Assembly: GCA_018712835.1 (NCBI GenBank)
Contig: DVGF01000046.1
Location: 1 to 57,574 of the forward strand
Source of the DNA: Candidatus Ventrenecus stercoripullorum
Lineage (GTDB): Bacteria > Bacillota_I > Bacilli_A > RF39 > UBA660
Reading direction: 5' to 3'
DNA: 57,574 nucleotides
The position numbers and the translations under genes were made by a program. The notes beneath the pieces are model-generated. The model was not told the DNA's origin, did not search any database, and saw nothing but the letters and a program-made list of their open reading frames with translations. This document shows, piece by piece, positions 8,707 through 18,810 of this stretch (position 1 is its first letter; every line of letters begins with the position of its first letter).

Positions 8707-8880
8707 AATAAAAATTTAAAAACCTGGATTGGATAATATTGAAAAAGTTGGTAAATAATCTGAAAAACAATTTTATGATTTGAAATCTTTGAGTAAGAAA
8801 TTTATTCCGTGAAGTTTATTATTTTTAGAATTGCACTTAAAAATAGAATTATATGGTGCAAAAAACCGCACAAAAAATGC

Positions 8881-8909
8881 TTGACGTACATATAATTTAA
8901 TGTTAAGAT
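8881..8909 (+). promoter_or_regulatory. sigma-A type promoter of the str operon
   Basis: TTGACG (8881-8886), 17-nt spacer, TAAGAT (8904-8909), about 95 nt upstream of rpsL. Confidence 0.55.
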
Positions 8910-9004
8910 ATTTTTGACTTTTAAATGTTGGTTTTACTTCGGTAAAACCTTGTTTAAAGAAATGTTTGATACACCAGGGTGTGTGTAAATAGGAAGGAGA
9001 TTTT

Positions 9005-9418
9005 ATGGCTACTATTAATCAACTTGTTAAAAAAGGAAGAAGTAAGAAAACCAGAAAAAGTAAAAGTCCGGTTTTAAATGTAGGATTAAATACTCTTGAA
9101 AGAAAACAAACTGAACAAAATAGTCCACAAAAACGTGGAGTATGTGTTCGTGTGGCAACTAAGACACCAAAGAAACCGAACTCAGCATTACGTAAATATG
9201 CTCGTGTAAGACTTTCAAATGGTAAAGAAATTGATGCTTATATTCCAGGTGAAGGACATAATTTACAAGAACATAGTGTTGTTTTAGTACGTGGTGGACG
9301 TGTAAAAGACTTAATCGGTGTTCGTTATCATGTTGTTCGTGGTACCCTTGATACTCAAGGAGTTCAAAATCGTCAACAAGGTCGTAGTAAATATGGAACA
9401 AAGAAACCTAAAAAATAA
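9005..9418 (+). CDS. rpsL: 30S ribosomal protein S12
   Basis: '[33 protein letters not shown]' is a canonical S12 sequence. Confidence 0.98.
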   Translation: MATINQLVKKGRSKKTRKSKSPVLNVGLNTLERKQTEQNSPQKRGVCVRVATKTPKKPNSALRKYARVRLSNGKEIDAYIPGEGHNLQEHSVVLVRGGRVKDLIGVRYHVVRGTLDTQGVQNRQQGRSKYGTKKPKK

Positions 9419-9436
9419 TAGAAGGAGGAAATAATT

Positions 9437-9904
9437 ATGCGTAAAAGAAGAGCAGAAAAAAGAGATGTTTTACCAGATTCTATTTATAACTCTAAGATTG
9501 TTACTAAGTTAATCAATCAAATTATGCAAGATGGTAAAAAAGGAACCGCTCAAAAAATTCTTTATGAAGCATTTGATATTGTTGCAGAGAAAACTGGTAA
9601 ACCTGCAATTGAAGTTTACCAAGAAGCTCTTGATAACATTAAACCAGCTTTAGAAGTAAAATCACGTAGAGTTGGTGGAAGTAATTATCAAGTGCCAATT
9701 GAAGTTAGTGATGAAAGAAGTCAAACTTTAGCATTAAGATGGTTAGTAAATTATGCTAAAAATCGTAGTGGAAAAGGTATGGCTTATAAACTTGCTATGG
9801 AAATTATAGATGCTGCTAACGGAACAGGTGGAGCAGTGAAAAAACGTGAGGATACTCACAAAATGGCTGAAGCAAATAAAGCATTTGCTCATTATAGATG
9901 GTAG
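9437..9904 (+). CDS. rpsG: 30S ribosomal protein S7
   Basis: Canonical S7 sequence ('GKK..A..I.Y.AF...', 'VEV.SRRVGG..YQVP.EV') in str operon order. Confidence 0.98.
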   Translation: MRKRRAEKRDVLPDSIYNSKIVTKLINQIMQDGKKGTAQKILYEAFDIVAEKTGKPAIEVYQEALDNIKPALEVKSRRVGGSNYQVPIEVSDERSQTLALRWLVNYAKNRSGKGMAYKLAMEIIDAANGTGGAVKKREDTHKMAEANKAFAHYRW

Positions 9905-9915
9905 GAGTGTGAGTT

Positions 9916-11991
9916 ATGGCAAGAGATGTCTCTATTGATAAAGTAAGAAATATTGGAATTATGGCTCACATTGATGCCGGAAAGACAACTTGTACAGAAC
10001 GTATTTTATTCCATACAGGAGTTACTCATAAAATTGGAGAAACTCATGATGGTGAGTCTCAAATGGACTGGATGGAACAAGAGAAAGAAAGAGGTATTAC
10101 TATTACTAGTGCAGCAACTACTGCACATTGGAAGGGATATCGTTTCAATATTATTGATACTCCAGGTCACGTAGACTTTACTGTTGAAGTATCAAGAAGT
10201 TTAAGAGTACTTGATGGTGCTGTTTGTTTGATTGATGCTCAAGCTGGTGTTGAACCGCAAAGTGAAACTGTATGGCGTCAAGCAGATGAATTTAAAGTTC
10301 CAAGAATGGTATTTGCTAATAAAATGGATAAGATGGGAGCTGATTTTGAGTTCTCATTAGGTACTTTGAAGTCTCGTTTAGGTATTGATACTAAGCCAAT
10401 TGAATGGCCAATTGGAGCTGAAGATAATTTTAAAGGTATTATTGACTTGGTTACCATGAAAGCATATGAATATGATGGTAAACAAGATGAAAATCCAAAG
10501 GAAATTGATATTCCTGATGATTTGAAGGATTTAGCTCAAGAGAAACACAATGACTTAATTGAAAAAGTTGTGGAATTCGATGATGCTTTAATGGAAAAAT
10601 ATTTGAATGGTGAAGAACTTACTGTAGAAGAAATCAAATCTGCTATTCGTAAGGGAACACTTGAAGTTAAGTTTTTCCCAGTACTTTGTGGTACTGCATT
10701 AGGTAATATGGGTGTTAAGTTATTACTTGACGCGATTATTGATTACATGCCAGCACCTACAGATGTAGAAGCTATTGAATGTTTTAATCCAAAAACTGGA
10801 GAAGATGTATGGCGTCATCCAAGTGATGATGAACCATTTACAGCTTTAGCATTTAAGATTATGACTGATCCATTCGTTGGACGTTTAGCATTCTTCCGTG
10901 TTTATTCAGGACATTTATCAAGTGGATCTTATGTTCTAAATAGTACAAAGGGAGTAAAAGAAAGAATTGGTCGTATTTTACAAATGCATGCAAATTCACG
11001 TAAGGAAATTCAAGAAGTTTACTGTGGTGAAATTGCAGCTGCTGTAGGACTTAAGGATACAACTACTGCTGATACATTATGTGATGAAAAAAATCCTGCT
11101 GTTATGAAAGGTATGGAATTCCCATTACCAGTTATTGATGTTGCTATTGAACCAAAATCAAAAGCAGATCAAGAAAAAATGGCTACGGCTTTACAAAAAT
11201 TAGCAGAAGAGGATCCAACATTTAAGTATAAAACTGACCCTGAAACAGGACAAACTGTTATCAGTGGTATGGGTGAATTACACTTAGATATTATGGTGGA
11301 TCGTATGAAACGTGAATTCCACGTAGAGGCTAATATTGGTCGTCCACAAGTTGCTTATCGTGAAACACTTACTCAAATGGGTGAATGTGAAGGTAAGTAT
11401 ATTAAACAATCTGGTGGACGTGGACAATATGGACACGTTTGGATTAAATTTGAACCTAATAAAGATAAAGGTTATGAATTCGTTGACGCAATCGTTGGTG
11501 GTGTAGTTCCTCGTGAATACATTCCAGTTACTGATAAAGGATTACAAGAAGCTATGGCTGGAGGTATTTTAGCTGGATATCCAATGGTTGATGTTAAAGC
11601 TACTTTATTTGATGGAAGTTACCATGATGTAGACTCTTCTGAAATGGCATTTAAGATTGCTGCATCTATGGCACTTAAAGAAGCGAAAAATAAGTGTAAA
11701 CCAGTACTTCTTGAACCAATTATGAAAGTAACTGTTACAATTCCTGATGAATATATGGGAAATGTTATGGGAGATTTAACAAGCCGTCGTGGTCGTCCAC
11801 TAGGTCAAGAATCTCGTGGAAATGCTTTAGCAATTACTGCTATGGTGCCACTTGCTGAAATGTTTGGCTATGCAACGACTTTACGTAGTAATACACAAGG
11901 TCGTGGGAACTTCAATATGGAATTAGACCATTATGAAGAGGTTCCAAAATCAATCGCTGAAGAAATTATTAAGAAAAACAGCGTTAACTAA
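9916..11991 (+). CDS. fusA: elongation factor G
   Basis: '[14 protein letters not shown]', 'DTPGHVDF', 691 aa. Confidence 0.98.
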   Translation: MARDVSIDKVRNIGIMAHIDAGKTTCTERILFHTGVTHKIGETHDGESQMDWMEQEKERGITITSAATTAHWKGYRFNIIDTPGHVDFTVEVSRSLRVLDGAVCLIDAQAGVEPQSETVWRQADEFKVPRMVFANKMDKMGADFEFSLGTLKSRLGIDTKPIEWPIGAEDNFKGIIDLVTMKAYEYDGKQDENPKEIDIPDDLKDLAQEKHNDLIEKVVEFDDALMEKYLNGEELTVEEIKSAIRKGTLEVKFFPVLCGTALGNMGVKLLLDAIIDYMPAPTDVEAIECFNPKTGEDVWRHPSDDEPFTALAFKIMTDPFVGRLAFFRVYSGHLSSGSYVLNSTKGVKERIGRILQMHANSRKEIQEVYCGEIAAAVGLKDTTTADTLCDEKNPAVMKGMEFPLPVIDVAIEPKSKADQEKMATALQKLAEEDPTFKYKTDPETGQTVISGMGELHLDIMVDRMKREFHVEANIGRPQVAYRETLTQMGECEGKYIKQSGGRGQYGHVWIKFEPNKDKGYEFVDAIVGGVVPREYIPVTDKGLQEAMAGGILAGYPMVDVKATLFDGSYHDVDSSEMAFKIAASMALKEAKNKCKPVLLEPIMKVTVTIPDEYMGNVMGDLTSRRGRPLGQESRGNALAITAMVPLAEMFGYATTLRSNTQGRGNFNMELDHYEEVPKSIAEEIIKKNSVN

Positions 11992-12056
11992 AAATAATAC
12001 TTGAATTTATTTCAAGCATTAGATAAAATAATTAAGAGAAAGGAGAAAGAAATCAA

Positions 12057-13223
12057 ATGGCAAAAGAAAAATTTGATCGTTCAAAAACACATGTTAATAT
12101 TGGTACTATTGGACACGTTGACCATGGTAAAACAACATTAACTGCTGCTATTACAAAAATGTTTGGACACTTTGTTGCATATGAAGATATCGATAAAGCT
12201 CCAGAAGAAAGAGAAAGAGGTATTACTATCAATACTGCTCACGTTGAGTATGAAACTGAAAAACGTCATTATGCTCACGTAGACTGCCCAGGCCATGCTG
12301 ACTATGTTAAAAACATGATCACTGGTGCTGCTCAAATGGATGGTGCTATCCTTGTTGTATCTGCAGCTGATGGACCTATGCCACAAACAAGAGAGCATAT
12401 CTTATTATCTCGTCAAGTTGGTGTGCCTAGGATTGTTGTTTACATGAATAAGTGTGACCAAGTAGATGATCCAGAATTACTAGATTTAGTAGAAATGGAA
12501 ATCAGAGAATTATTAGGAGAATATGGATTCGATACAGAATGCCCAATCATTCGTGGATCTGCATTGAAGGCTCTTGAAGGAGATCCTGATGCTGAACAAT
12601 CTATCCGTGACTTGATGGCTGCTGTTGATGAATATATTCCAGATCCTGAACGTGATACTGACAAACCATTCTTAATGAGTATTGAAGACGTATTTACAAT
12701 TTCAGGACGTGGTACTGTTGTTACAGGACGTGTTGAACGTGGTACATTAAAACTTAATGACGAAGTTGAAATTGTTGGTTTAAAACCTACTAAGAAGACT
12801 GTTGTTACAGGAATCGAAATGTTTAGAAAGTCATTAGACGAAGCTATGGCTGGTGACAATGCAGGTGTTCTACTTCGTGGTATCGCTCGTGAAGATGTTG
12901 AACGTGGACAAGTTCTTGCTAAACCAGGAAGTGTTACTCCTCATCATAAATTCAAAGCAAGCGTTTATGTACTAACGAAAGAAGAAGGCGGACGTCATAC
13001 TCCATTCTTCTCAAATTACAGACCTCAATTCTATTTCCGTACTACTGATGTAACTGGTGTTATCGAGTTACCAGAAGGTGTAGAAATGGTTATGCCAGGT
13101 GACAATGTTGATATGACTGTTGAACTAATTGCTCCAGTAGCATTAGAGAAGGGTACTAAGTTCTCTATCCGTGAGGGTGGACGTACTGTTGGTGCTGGTG
13201 TTGTATCAGAAATTGTTGAATAA
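12057..13223 (+). CDS. tuf: elongation factor Tu
   Basis: '[15 protein letters not shown]', 'DCPGHADY', 'NKCD', 388 aa. Confidence 0.98.
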   Translation: MAKEKFDRSKTHVNIGTIGHVDHGKTTLTAAITKMFGHFVAYEDIDKAPEERERGITINTAHVEYETEKRHYAHVDCPGHADYVKNMITGAAQMDGAILVVSAADGPMPQTREHILLSRQVGVPRIVVYMNKCDQVDDPELLDLVEMEIRELLGEYGFDTECPIIRGSALKALEGDPDAEQSIRDLMAAVDEYIPDPERDTDKPFLMSIEDVFTISGRGTVVTGRVERGTLKLNDEVEIVGLKPTKKTVVTGIEMFRKSLDEAMAGDNAGVLLRGIAREDVERGQVLAKPGSVTPHHKFKASVYVLTKEEGGRHTPFFSNYRPQFYFRTTDVTGVIELPEGVEMVMPGDNVDMTVELIAPVALEKGTKFSIREGGRTVGAGVVSEIVE

Positions 13224-13234
13224 TATTATAAAAG

Positions 13235-13259
13235 AGTACTGAGAGATCAGTACTTTTTT
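13235..13259 (+). terminator. rho-independent terminator after tuf
   Basis: agtactg-agagat-cagtact followed by a T run. Confidence 0.8.
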
Positions 13260-13306
13260 AGTTGTTTCAAATGGAAAAATGCAATATAATAATAGTGGTG
13301 GTTTTT

Positions 13307-14320
13307 ATGAAGGTAGAGAAACTTAAAAATCATTTTAAATCTTTAATTGTTCTTTTTTTGATATTAATTGTTGTGTGTATTTTTTTCTTGTGGGTTCAAA
13401 GTGAGAACTATCATCAAGTTTCTTATTTTGAAGAGGAACCGGTTTTTCAAGAAACAAATATGCAGAAAGAGGTAGATGCTTACTATCAAAATTGTTTGGC
13501 TTCTCCTTATGTTTCTGAAAAGACAGAGAGTTTAATACAAGAATTTTTAGATAAATACCAAAATGATACTTTTGCAGTATATTTTGAAGATATTAATAAT
13601 CAATATACTATTTTAAAGAATGAAAATACCGTTTATTATGGAGCTAGTTTGATAAAATTATTAGACGCTACTTATTTAATTCGTCAGGCTATGGCAGATG
13701 AAATTAGTTTAGAAGAAACTATAGAGTATCAAGCAAAGCATCAAAGAGCATATAGTATTGGTATGGCGGATTATCATTACGGAGATAAGGTGTGTTTGTA
13801 TGATTTAATTTATTATGCTATTGCTTATAGTGATAATACGGCTCATGAAATGCTTTATGAATATATTGGGGTAGAAACCTTAAGAGAGTATGCTTCTAGT
13901 TTGGGTGTTTCTTTAACGGTTAATCAAGAAGAACATTTTGGAAATTTGACAGTTACAATGGCTAATAATATTTTAAAAGAAGTGTATGATATTTTACTTT
14001 TAGATAATGAATATAGTGAATTGCTTCTTAAAAGTATGAATAATACTTATTTTAATTCTTTGAATTATGATGGTATTGAGATTTTACATAAGTATGGTTC
14101 TTTAGATCCTAACTTTCATGATATAGGTATTTATAATGATTCTGACTATCCGTATTTTATTTCTGTAATGAGTTTGATAGGGGAGCAAGAAAGTCCTAAT
14201 CAAATTACTACGATACATCAGGAAATTAGAGATATTTATAAATCAAATTTATTAGATAAAACATCTTATTGTCTTGCTGAGAAAGAGGAATATGAAAGTA
14301 CATTGGCTGAAAACAAATAA
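13307..14320 (+). CDS. class A beta-lactamase-related serine hydrolase, membrane-anchored
   Basis: N-terminal TM helix, 'ASLIK' (SxxK), 'YSDNTA' (SDN) and 'HKYGS' (KxG-like). Start is ATG 13307 after GGTGG (ORF track 13262). Confidence 0.65.
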   Translation: MKVEKLKNHFKSLIVLFLILIVVCIFFLWVQSENYHQVSYFEEEPVFQETNMQKEVDAYYQNCLASPYVSEKTESLIQEFLDKYQNDTFAVYFEDINNQYTILKNENTVYYGASLIKLLDATYLIRQAMADEISLEETIEYQAKHQRAYSIGMADYHYGDKVCLYDLIYYAIAYSDNTAHEMLYEYIGVETLREYASSLGVSLTVNQEEHFGNLTVTMANNILKEVYDILLLDNEYSELLLKSMNNTYFNSLNYDGIEILHKYGSLDPNFHDIGIYNDSDYPYFISVMSLIGEQESPNQITTIHQEIRDIYKSNLLDKTSYCLAEKEEYESTLAENK

Positions 14321-14347
14321 AAAAATGACTGGTTTAGTCATTTTTTT
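14320..14347. terminator. bidirectional terminator between convergent genes
   Basis: aaaaaatgact-ggttt-agtcatttttt. It overlaps the gmk stop codon. Confidence 0.6.
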
Positions 14348-15026
14348 CCATCTCTAAAGTGAAAGGAGTATTGTCAAATTCTTTTTCTACTAAGAATTCA
14401 TGAATAATTTCCTCTTCATTTTCTACAGATATTTCTTCAATACGATCAACACGGCATTTTTCACTAATTAGAATTGCTTCTATTTTTGTGACAGCGTTTT
14501 CTACTTCATCATTTACTACAACGTAGTTATATTTATTAATTTCATTGATTTCTTTGTATGCAGTTTTAAAGCGGTCAATAATTTGTTCATTGTTTTCTTT
14601 TCCACGAGCTTTAATTCTTCTTTTTACTTCTGTCATACTAGGTGCCATGATAAAGATAAGAATTGTTTCTGGAAATTTTTCTTTGATTTGTTGAGCTCCT
14701 TGGACATCGATTTCCAAAATAACATCTTTTCCTGTTTTTAGTAGTTCATTTACTTCTTCTTTTGGAGTACCAAAATATTCTCCGTAACGAACTTTTGCAT
14801 ATTCTAGGAAGTCTCCATTTTCTATTTTCTTTTCAAATTCTTCATGACTAATAAATTTGTAATCTACTCCTTCTACTTCGCCAGCACGCATTTGTCTAGA
14901 AGTATAAGATATTGCAAGTGTTAAATTGTCGTTTCTTTTTAACAACTCTCCAATAACTGTTCCTTTTCCAGCACAAGTGGTGCCAGAGATAATAATTAAT
15001 TCTCCGTTTCTTTTTTGCTTAATCAT
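14334..15026 (-). CDS. gmk: guanylate kinase (with C-terminal extension)
   Basis: 'ISGTTCAGKGTV', 'SYTSRQMRAGEVEGVDYKF', 'YAKVRYGEYFGTP'. Confidence 0.85.
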   Translation of the reverse strand: MIKQKRNGELIIISGTTCAGKGTVIGELLKRNDNLTLAISYTSRQMRAGEVEGVDYKFISHEEFEKKIENGDFLEYAKVRYGEYFGTPKEEVNELLKTGKDVILEIDVQGAQQIKEKFPETILIFIMAPSMTEVKRRIKARGKENNEQIIDRFKTAYKEINEINKYNYVVVNDEVENAVTKIEAILISEKCRVDRIEEISVENEEEIIHEFLVEKEFDNTPFTLEMEKND

Positions 15027-15037
15027 ATAAACTCTTT

Positions 15038-16291
15038 TTATCCTTTCTTTATTGGTTTTATATCTGGTTTATTAAATATTTTAGCTAAGTTTCCATTTAG
15101 TCTTTGTTTTTTATATTTGGCTGGTAGTATTGGTAAGTCGTATTCCCCAATATATTCATATATTTTTGGTTTAAATCCTAATTTAAATTGATTTAATCCG
15201 TTGTATGGGTTTTCTTTTGTAAAATCACCAGTCATACCATTTAAATCTATATAATCAAATTCTTTTTTATAGTATTCCATAATTTGATAATGTAAGAAAT
15301 AATTTGGAGCAAAATTTTTGTATTTTGTATCATAACCACTGATTAAAATATGAACACGATTTTTGTATTTAATGACTAACGCTCCAGCAATGTATATTTT
15401 ATCTTTAATCTTATTTAGTTCTGTTGCTTCTTGAATATCATTTTTATATGCTAATAGTTTACGGTCTGAATTCATTTTTTTGTTAATAATTTTTTTGTTG
15501 CTTTTTCTTTTTAATTCTTCATTTAATATAGCATTTCTTTCTAGTTCTTCTTCGTAAAGTTTTCTAGAATTGATGAGATATTCTCCAGAATCGATACTTA
15601 CTAAGAATAAATCAATCATTCCTTCTCTATGAAATATATTATAATAATCTTTATAATAGAATGGATTGGTATGTTTTTTCTTTTCGATAAATCTTTGTAA
15701 GATATCTATTCCAGATTTTTCAGAAAGTTCGATATGTAATCCTTTATGAATTCCTTTTTTGATTTTGTTACGACAGTTTTTGGTTAAAGCATCTTCATTA
15801 AATGTTTTTAATGAGACAACTGCTTGAAATCTTGGAAGGATTGACTCGAAATATAGATTGTCTTTTAATTTATAATAGCCGTTGTTTTCTAATATTTCTT
15901 TGATATCATAATTCCAGTTATATGTTTTGACTCCTGTTTTTGGGTCTACTTCACTGATTGCAATTTCTGGATTGATTTTAATAAAACAGATATGTTTTTT
16001 ACGATAGTATTTTATTAGTTCTTCTGTAAATGAACTCAAAAGTTCTTGATTAAAATAATCTAAAATAAAACCTCTTGGTGCATAACCATATTTTATTGAT
16101 TTTTCTTTTTTAATCAATATTAAGGATGCTGCTTTTATTTGGTTGTATTCATTTATAAAGCCAATAAAATCATAGTCATATCCATAGTTTCCCATTAATA
16201 GTGCATAGCTTCTAGTTTGATAATAGGTACCTAGTGGACTACTATTTACAAATTCTTGAAATTCATCGACAGATATTTCTTTAATTACCAT
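15038..16291 (-). CDS. FemAB-family peptidoglycan interpeptide aminoacyltransferase
   Basis: 417 aa with a two-GNAT-like-domain layout and a central coiled coil ('EELERNAILNEELKRKS'). The N-terminus is typical of FemX/FemAB. Confidence 0.7.
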   Translation of the reverse strand: MVIKEISVDEFQEFVNSSPLGTYYQTRSYALLMGNYGYDYDFIGFINEYNQIKAASLILIKKEKSIKYGYAPRGFILDYFNQELLSSFTEELIKYYRKKHICFIKINPEIAISEVDPKTGVKTYNWNYDIKEILENNGYYKLKDNLYFESILPRFQAVVSLKTFNEDALTKNCRNKIKKGIHKGLHIELSEKSGIDILQRFIEKKKHTNPFYYKDYYNIFHREGMIDLFLVSIDSGEYLINSRKLYEEELERNAILNEELKRKSNKKIINKKMNSDRKLLAYKNDIQEATELNKIKDKIYIAGALVIKYKNRVHILISGYDTKYKNFAPNYFLHYQIMEYYKKEFDYIDLNGMTGDFTKENPYNGLNQFKLGFKPKIYEYIGEYDLPILPAKYKKQRLNGNLAKIFNKPDIKPIKKG

Positions 16292-16387
16292 GGCTTCACC
16301 CCTTTTTTAATGGAATTTATTATAGCATAAATCAAAAAAAATGCAATAGGTTCGTATAAATGTTATAATATGAAGGAGAGGGATACT

Positions 16388-17569
16388 ATGAAGAAAAAGG
16401 ATTTGTCTTATATTATGTATATATTTTTATTGTTGTTTCCTTTTATTGATTTTGTTACGGGTATTGCTACCTGGGAAGGATGGCTAAGTATTGGGCTTTT
16501 GGTAAAAGGACTTCTTTTAGTTTATGCTGTTTTTTATTTATTTAAACATGAATATAAAAGAAAACCGTTATGGGTTTTATTCTTTCTTATTTTAGGGTAT
16601 AGTATCGTTTATTTATCTATTCACTCGGAGGCTTTCTTTATAGAGGTTTCTAATTTGATAAAGATTTTTTATTTACCAATTTTAATTTTATTTTTTACGT
16701 ATTATAAAAATCCTTATCTTAATAAAAAGTTTATGACATGGTTATTACTCTTTTACTTGTTATTATATTTAGTTCCTTATGTGTTTGGACTTGGTCATAA
16801 TATTTCTGAAGTTTATCCTAATAAAGAATTATATTTGTCTTATTTTTATATTGGAAATGAACTTGCAAATGTTTTTATTATTCTTATTCCTATTGCTTTT
16901 TCTTATTTGATAATGAATAAGAAAAGTATTTTACTATTGTTTGCTGTTTTGGTATTGTTTATGCTTCTTTTATTAGGGACAAAGGCAATGTATCTTAGTA
17001 TGGTGTTTATTTTGGTTTATTTTCTTTGGTATTATAGAAAGAAGATTGGTACTTTTTTAAAGAGTCATTTTAAGAAGGTTCTTATTCCTATTGTTGTTTT
17101 ACTTTTAGCTATTGGATTTTATTTGCCACGTTCTTCGTTGGTTCAAAATATTAAAACAACGTTAGAATATTATGAAATTGAAACACTCACGGATATGTTT
17201 TCTTTAGAGAGAATCGATCAAGTGATTTATAGTAATCGTCTTACTTTTTTATATAATGTTCATCAAGTTTATATGGATAGTTCTTTATCTTCTAAATTTT
17301 TTGGATTAGGAAGAGCGCAGATAGAGCAAATTAAAGATGTAGAGATTGATATTTTTGATATTTTTTATAGTATAGGAATTGTCGGAACTCTTGTTTATCT
17401 TGGAACTTTTTGGTATGCTATATATAGTATGAAGCTAAAGGGACTTTACTTGTTTGTCTTTTGTCTTTTAATACTTATTTCATGTTTTAGTGGGCATGTA
17501 CTAATTAGTCCGATGGTATCTACTTATTTAGCCTTGTTGGTCAGTGTTTCTAAAAATGAAAATTCTTAG
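16388..17569 (+). CDS. O-antigen ligase/polymerase-like (Wzy_C) membrane protein
   Basis: Polytopic membrane protein. AAGGAGAGGG lies before ATG 16388 (ORF track 16370). Confidence 0.6.
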   Translation: MKKKDLSYIMYIFLLLFPFIDFVTGIATWEGWLSIGLLVKGLLLVYAVFYLFKHEYKRKPLWVLFFLILGYSIVYLSIHSEAFFIEVSNLIKIFYLPILILFFTYYKNPYLNKKFMTWLLLFYLLLYLVPYVFGLGHNISEVYPNKELYLSYFYIGNELANVFIILIPIAFSYLIMNKKSILLLFAVLVLFMLLLLGTKAMYLSMVFILVYFLWYYRKKIGTFLKSHFKKVLIPIVVLLLAIGFYLPRSSLVQNIKTTLEYYEIETLTDMFSLERIDQVIYSNRLTFLYNVHQVYMDSSLSSKFFGLGRAQIEQIKDVEIDIFDIFYSIGIVGTLVYLGTFWYAIYSMKLKGLYLFVFCLLILISCFSGHVLISPMVSTYLALLVSVSKNENS

Positions 17570-17578
17570 GAGGGTCTT

Positions 17579-18100
17579 ATGAAGATTTGGACAAAAAATC
17601 AGTTAAAAAGACTTCGCATTTATCTTATTATTAATAGTGATAAACGAAATCGTTATTTGAAAAAACATGAAATTTTTAAAGAAATGGGGGAAAATGTTTT
17701 CTTTCAGCCTAGAGTTATTCCGTCGGATCCGAAATTGATTAAATTTCATAATAATATTGTTGTTACAAGTAATGTGACTTTTGTCTGTCATGACGTGTTT
17801 CATTTAGGTTTAAATCGTTTAGGAAGTACACAGTATCCTTATTTACAAAGTTGTATTGAAGTAATGGATGATGTGTTTATTGGGTGTAATACGACTATTT
17901 TAGGAGGTGTACGGATAGGACCTAGAGCAGTTGTAGGAGCAGGAAGTGTTGTAACGAAAGATGTTCCAGAGAACTCTGTTGTTGTTGGAAATCCAGCGCG
18001 GGTGATAGGAACGTTTGATGAGTTTTTAGAGAAAAGAAAAAATAAGAAGACAGATTTAGATATTGAGAAATCGTGGGCATTATTTTACGAAGAAAGGTAA
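17579..18100 (+). CDS. hexapeptide-repeat O-acetyltransferase
   Basis: 'IGCNTTILGGVRIGPRAVVGAGSVVTKDVPENSVVVGNPARVI' is a left-handed beta-helix sequence. Confidence 0.8.
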   Translation: MKIWTKNQLKRLRIYLIINSDKRNRYLKKHEIFKEMGENVFFQPRVIPSDPKLIKFHNNIVVTSNVTFVCHDVFHLGLNRLGSTQYPYLQSCIEVMDDVFIGCNTTILGGVRIGPRAVVGAGSVVTKDVPENSVVVGNPARVIGTFDEFLEKRKNKKTDLDIEKSWALFYEER

Positions 18101-18108
18101 GTGATACT

Positions 18109-18810
18109 ATGGCTTTTATTGAAGTAAAGAATTTATCTAAAGTTTATCAGATGGGTGAAGTTACCATTAAAGCTGTAGAAAATATTTCATTTGAAATTAA
18201 TGAAGGGGAACTTGTTGTTGTTTTAGGACCATCTGGAGCAGGAAAGACAACTGTTTTAAATATTTTAGGTGGTATGGATACTCCAACGCATGGGAGTGTT
18301 ATTATTGATGGGAAGAATATTTCTAAATTTAAGAAAAAGGAATTAACGAATTATCGAAGATATGATATTGGGTTTGTTTTTCAATTTTATAACTTAGTTG
18401 GAAATTTAACTGCTTTAGAAAATGTATCTTTAGCAAGTCAGATATGTAAAAATCCAAAAGATAGTTTAGAAACGTTACGACAAGTAGGGTTAAAAGACCG
18501 GGCAAATCATTTTCCAGCACAGCTATCTGGTGGTGAGCAACAACGTGTTTCTATTGCGAGAGCTTTAGCCAAAAATCCAAAACTTTTATTATGTGATGAA
18601 CCGACCGGGGCACTTGATTCGAAAACAGGAAGAATGGTATTAGAGCTTCTTCAAGATACATGTCATAAGGAACATATGACCACGATTATTATCACGCATA
18701 ATGCTGTTATTAGTGAGATTGCTGATAAAGTGATTAAAATTAAAAATGGTCAAGTTTCTGATATTCTTATTCAGAAGAAACCTAAATTAGTAAAGGATAT
18801 TGATTGGTAA
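18109..18810 (+). CDS. ABC transporter ATP-binding protein (MacB/LolD-type)
   Basis: 'GPSGAGKTT', '[15 protein letters not shown]', '[11 protein letters not shown]'. Start is ATG 18109 (ORF track 18073). Confidence 0.9.
   Translation: MAFIEVKNLSKVYQMGEVTIKAVENISFEINEGELVVVLGPSGAGKTTVLNILGGMDTPTHGSVIIDGKNISKFKKKELTNYRRYDIGFVFQFYNLVGNLTALENVSLASQICKNPKDSLETLRQVGLKDRANHFPAQLSGGEQQRVSIARALAKNPKLLLCDEPTGALDSKTGRMVLELLQDTCHKEHMTTIIITHNAVISEIADKVIKIKNGQVSDILIQKKPKLVKDIDW

Noticed and set aside
9159-12859. ORFs antisense to or out of frame with rpsL, fusA and tuf (9159..9401-, 9953..10174+, 12138..12398-, 12440..12859-)
   Set aside because: They lie entirely inside highly conserved translation genes. 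They have low-complexity or odd composition and no RBS. These are shadow ORFs.
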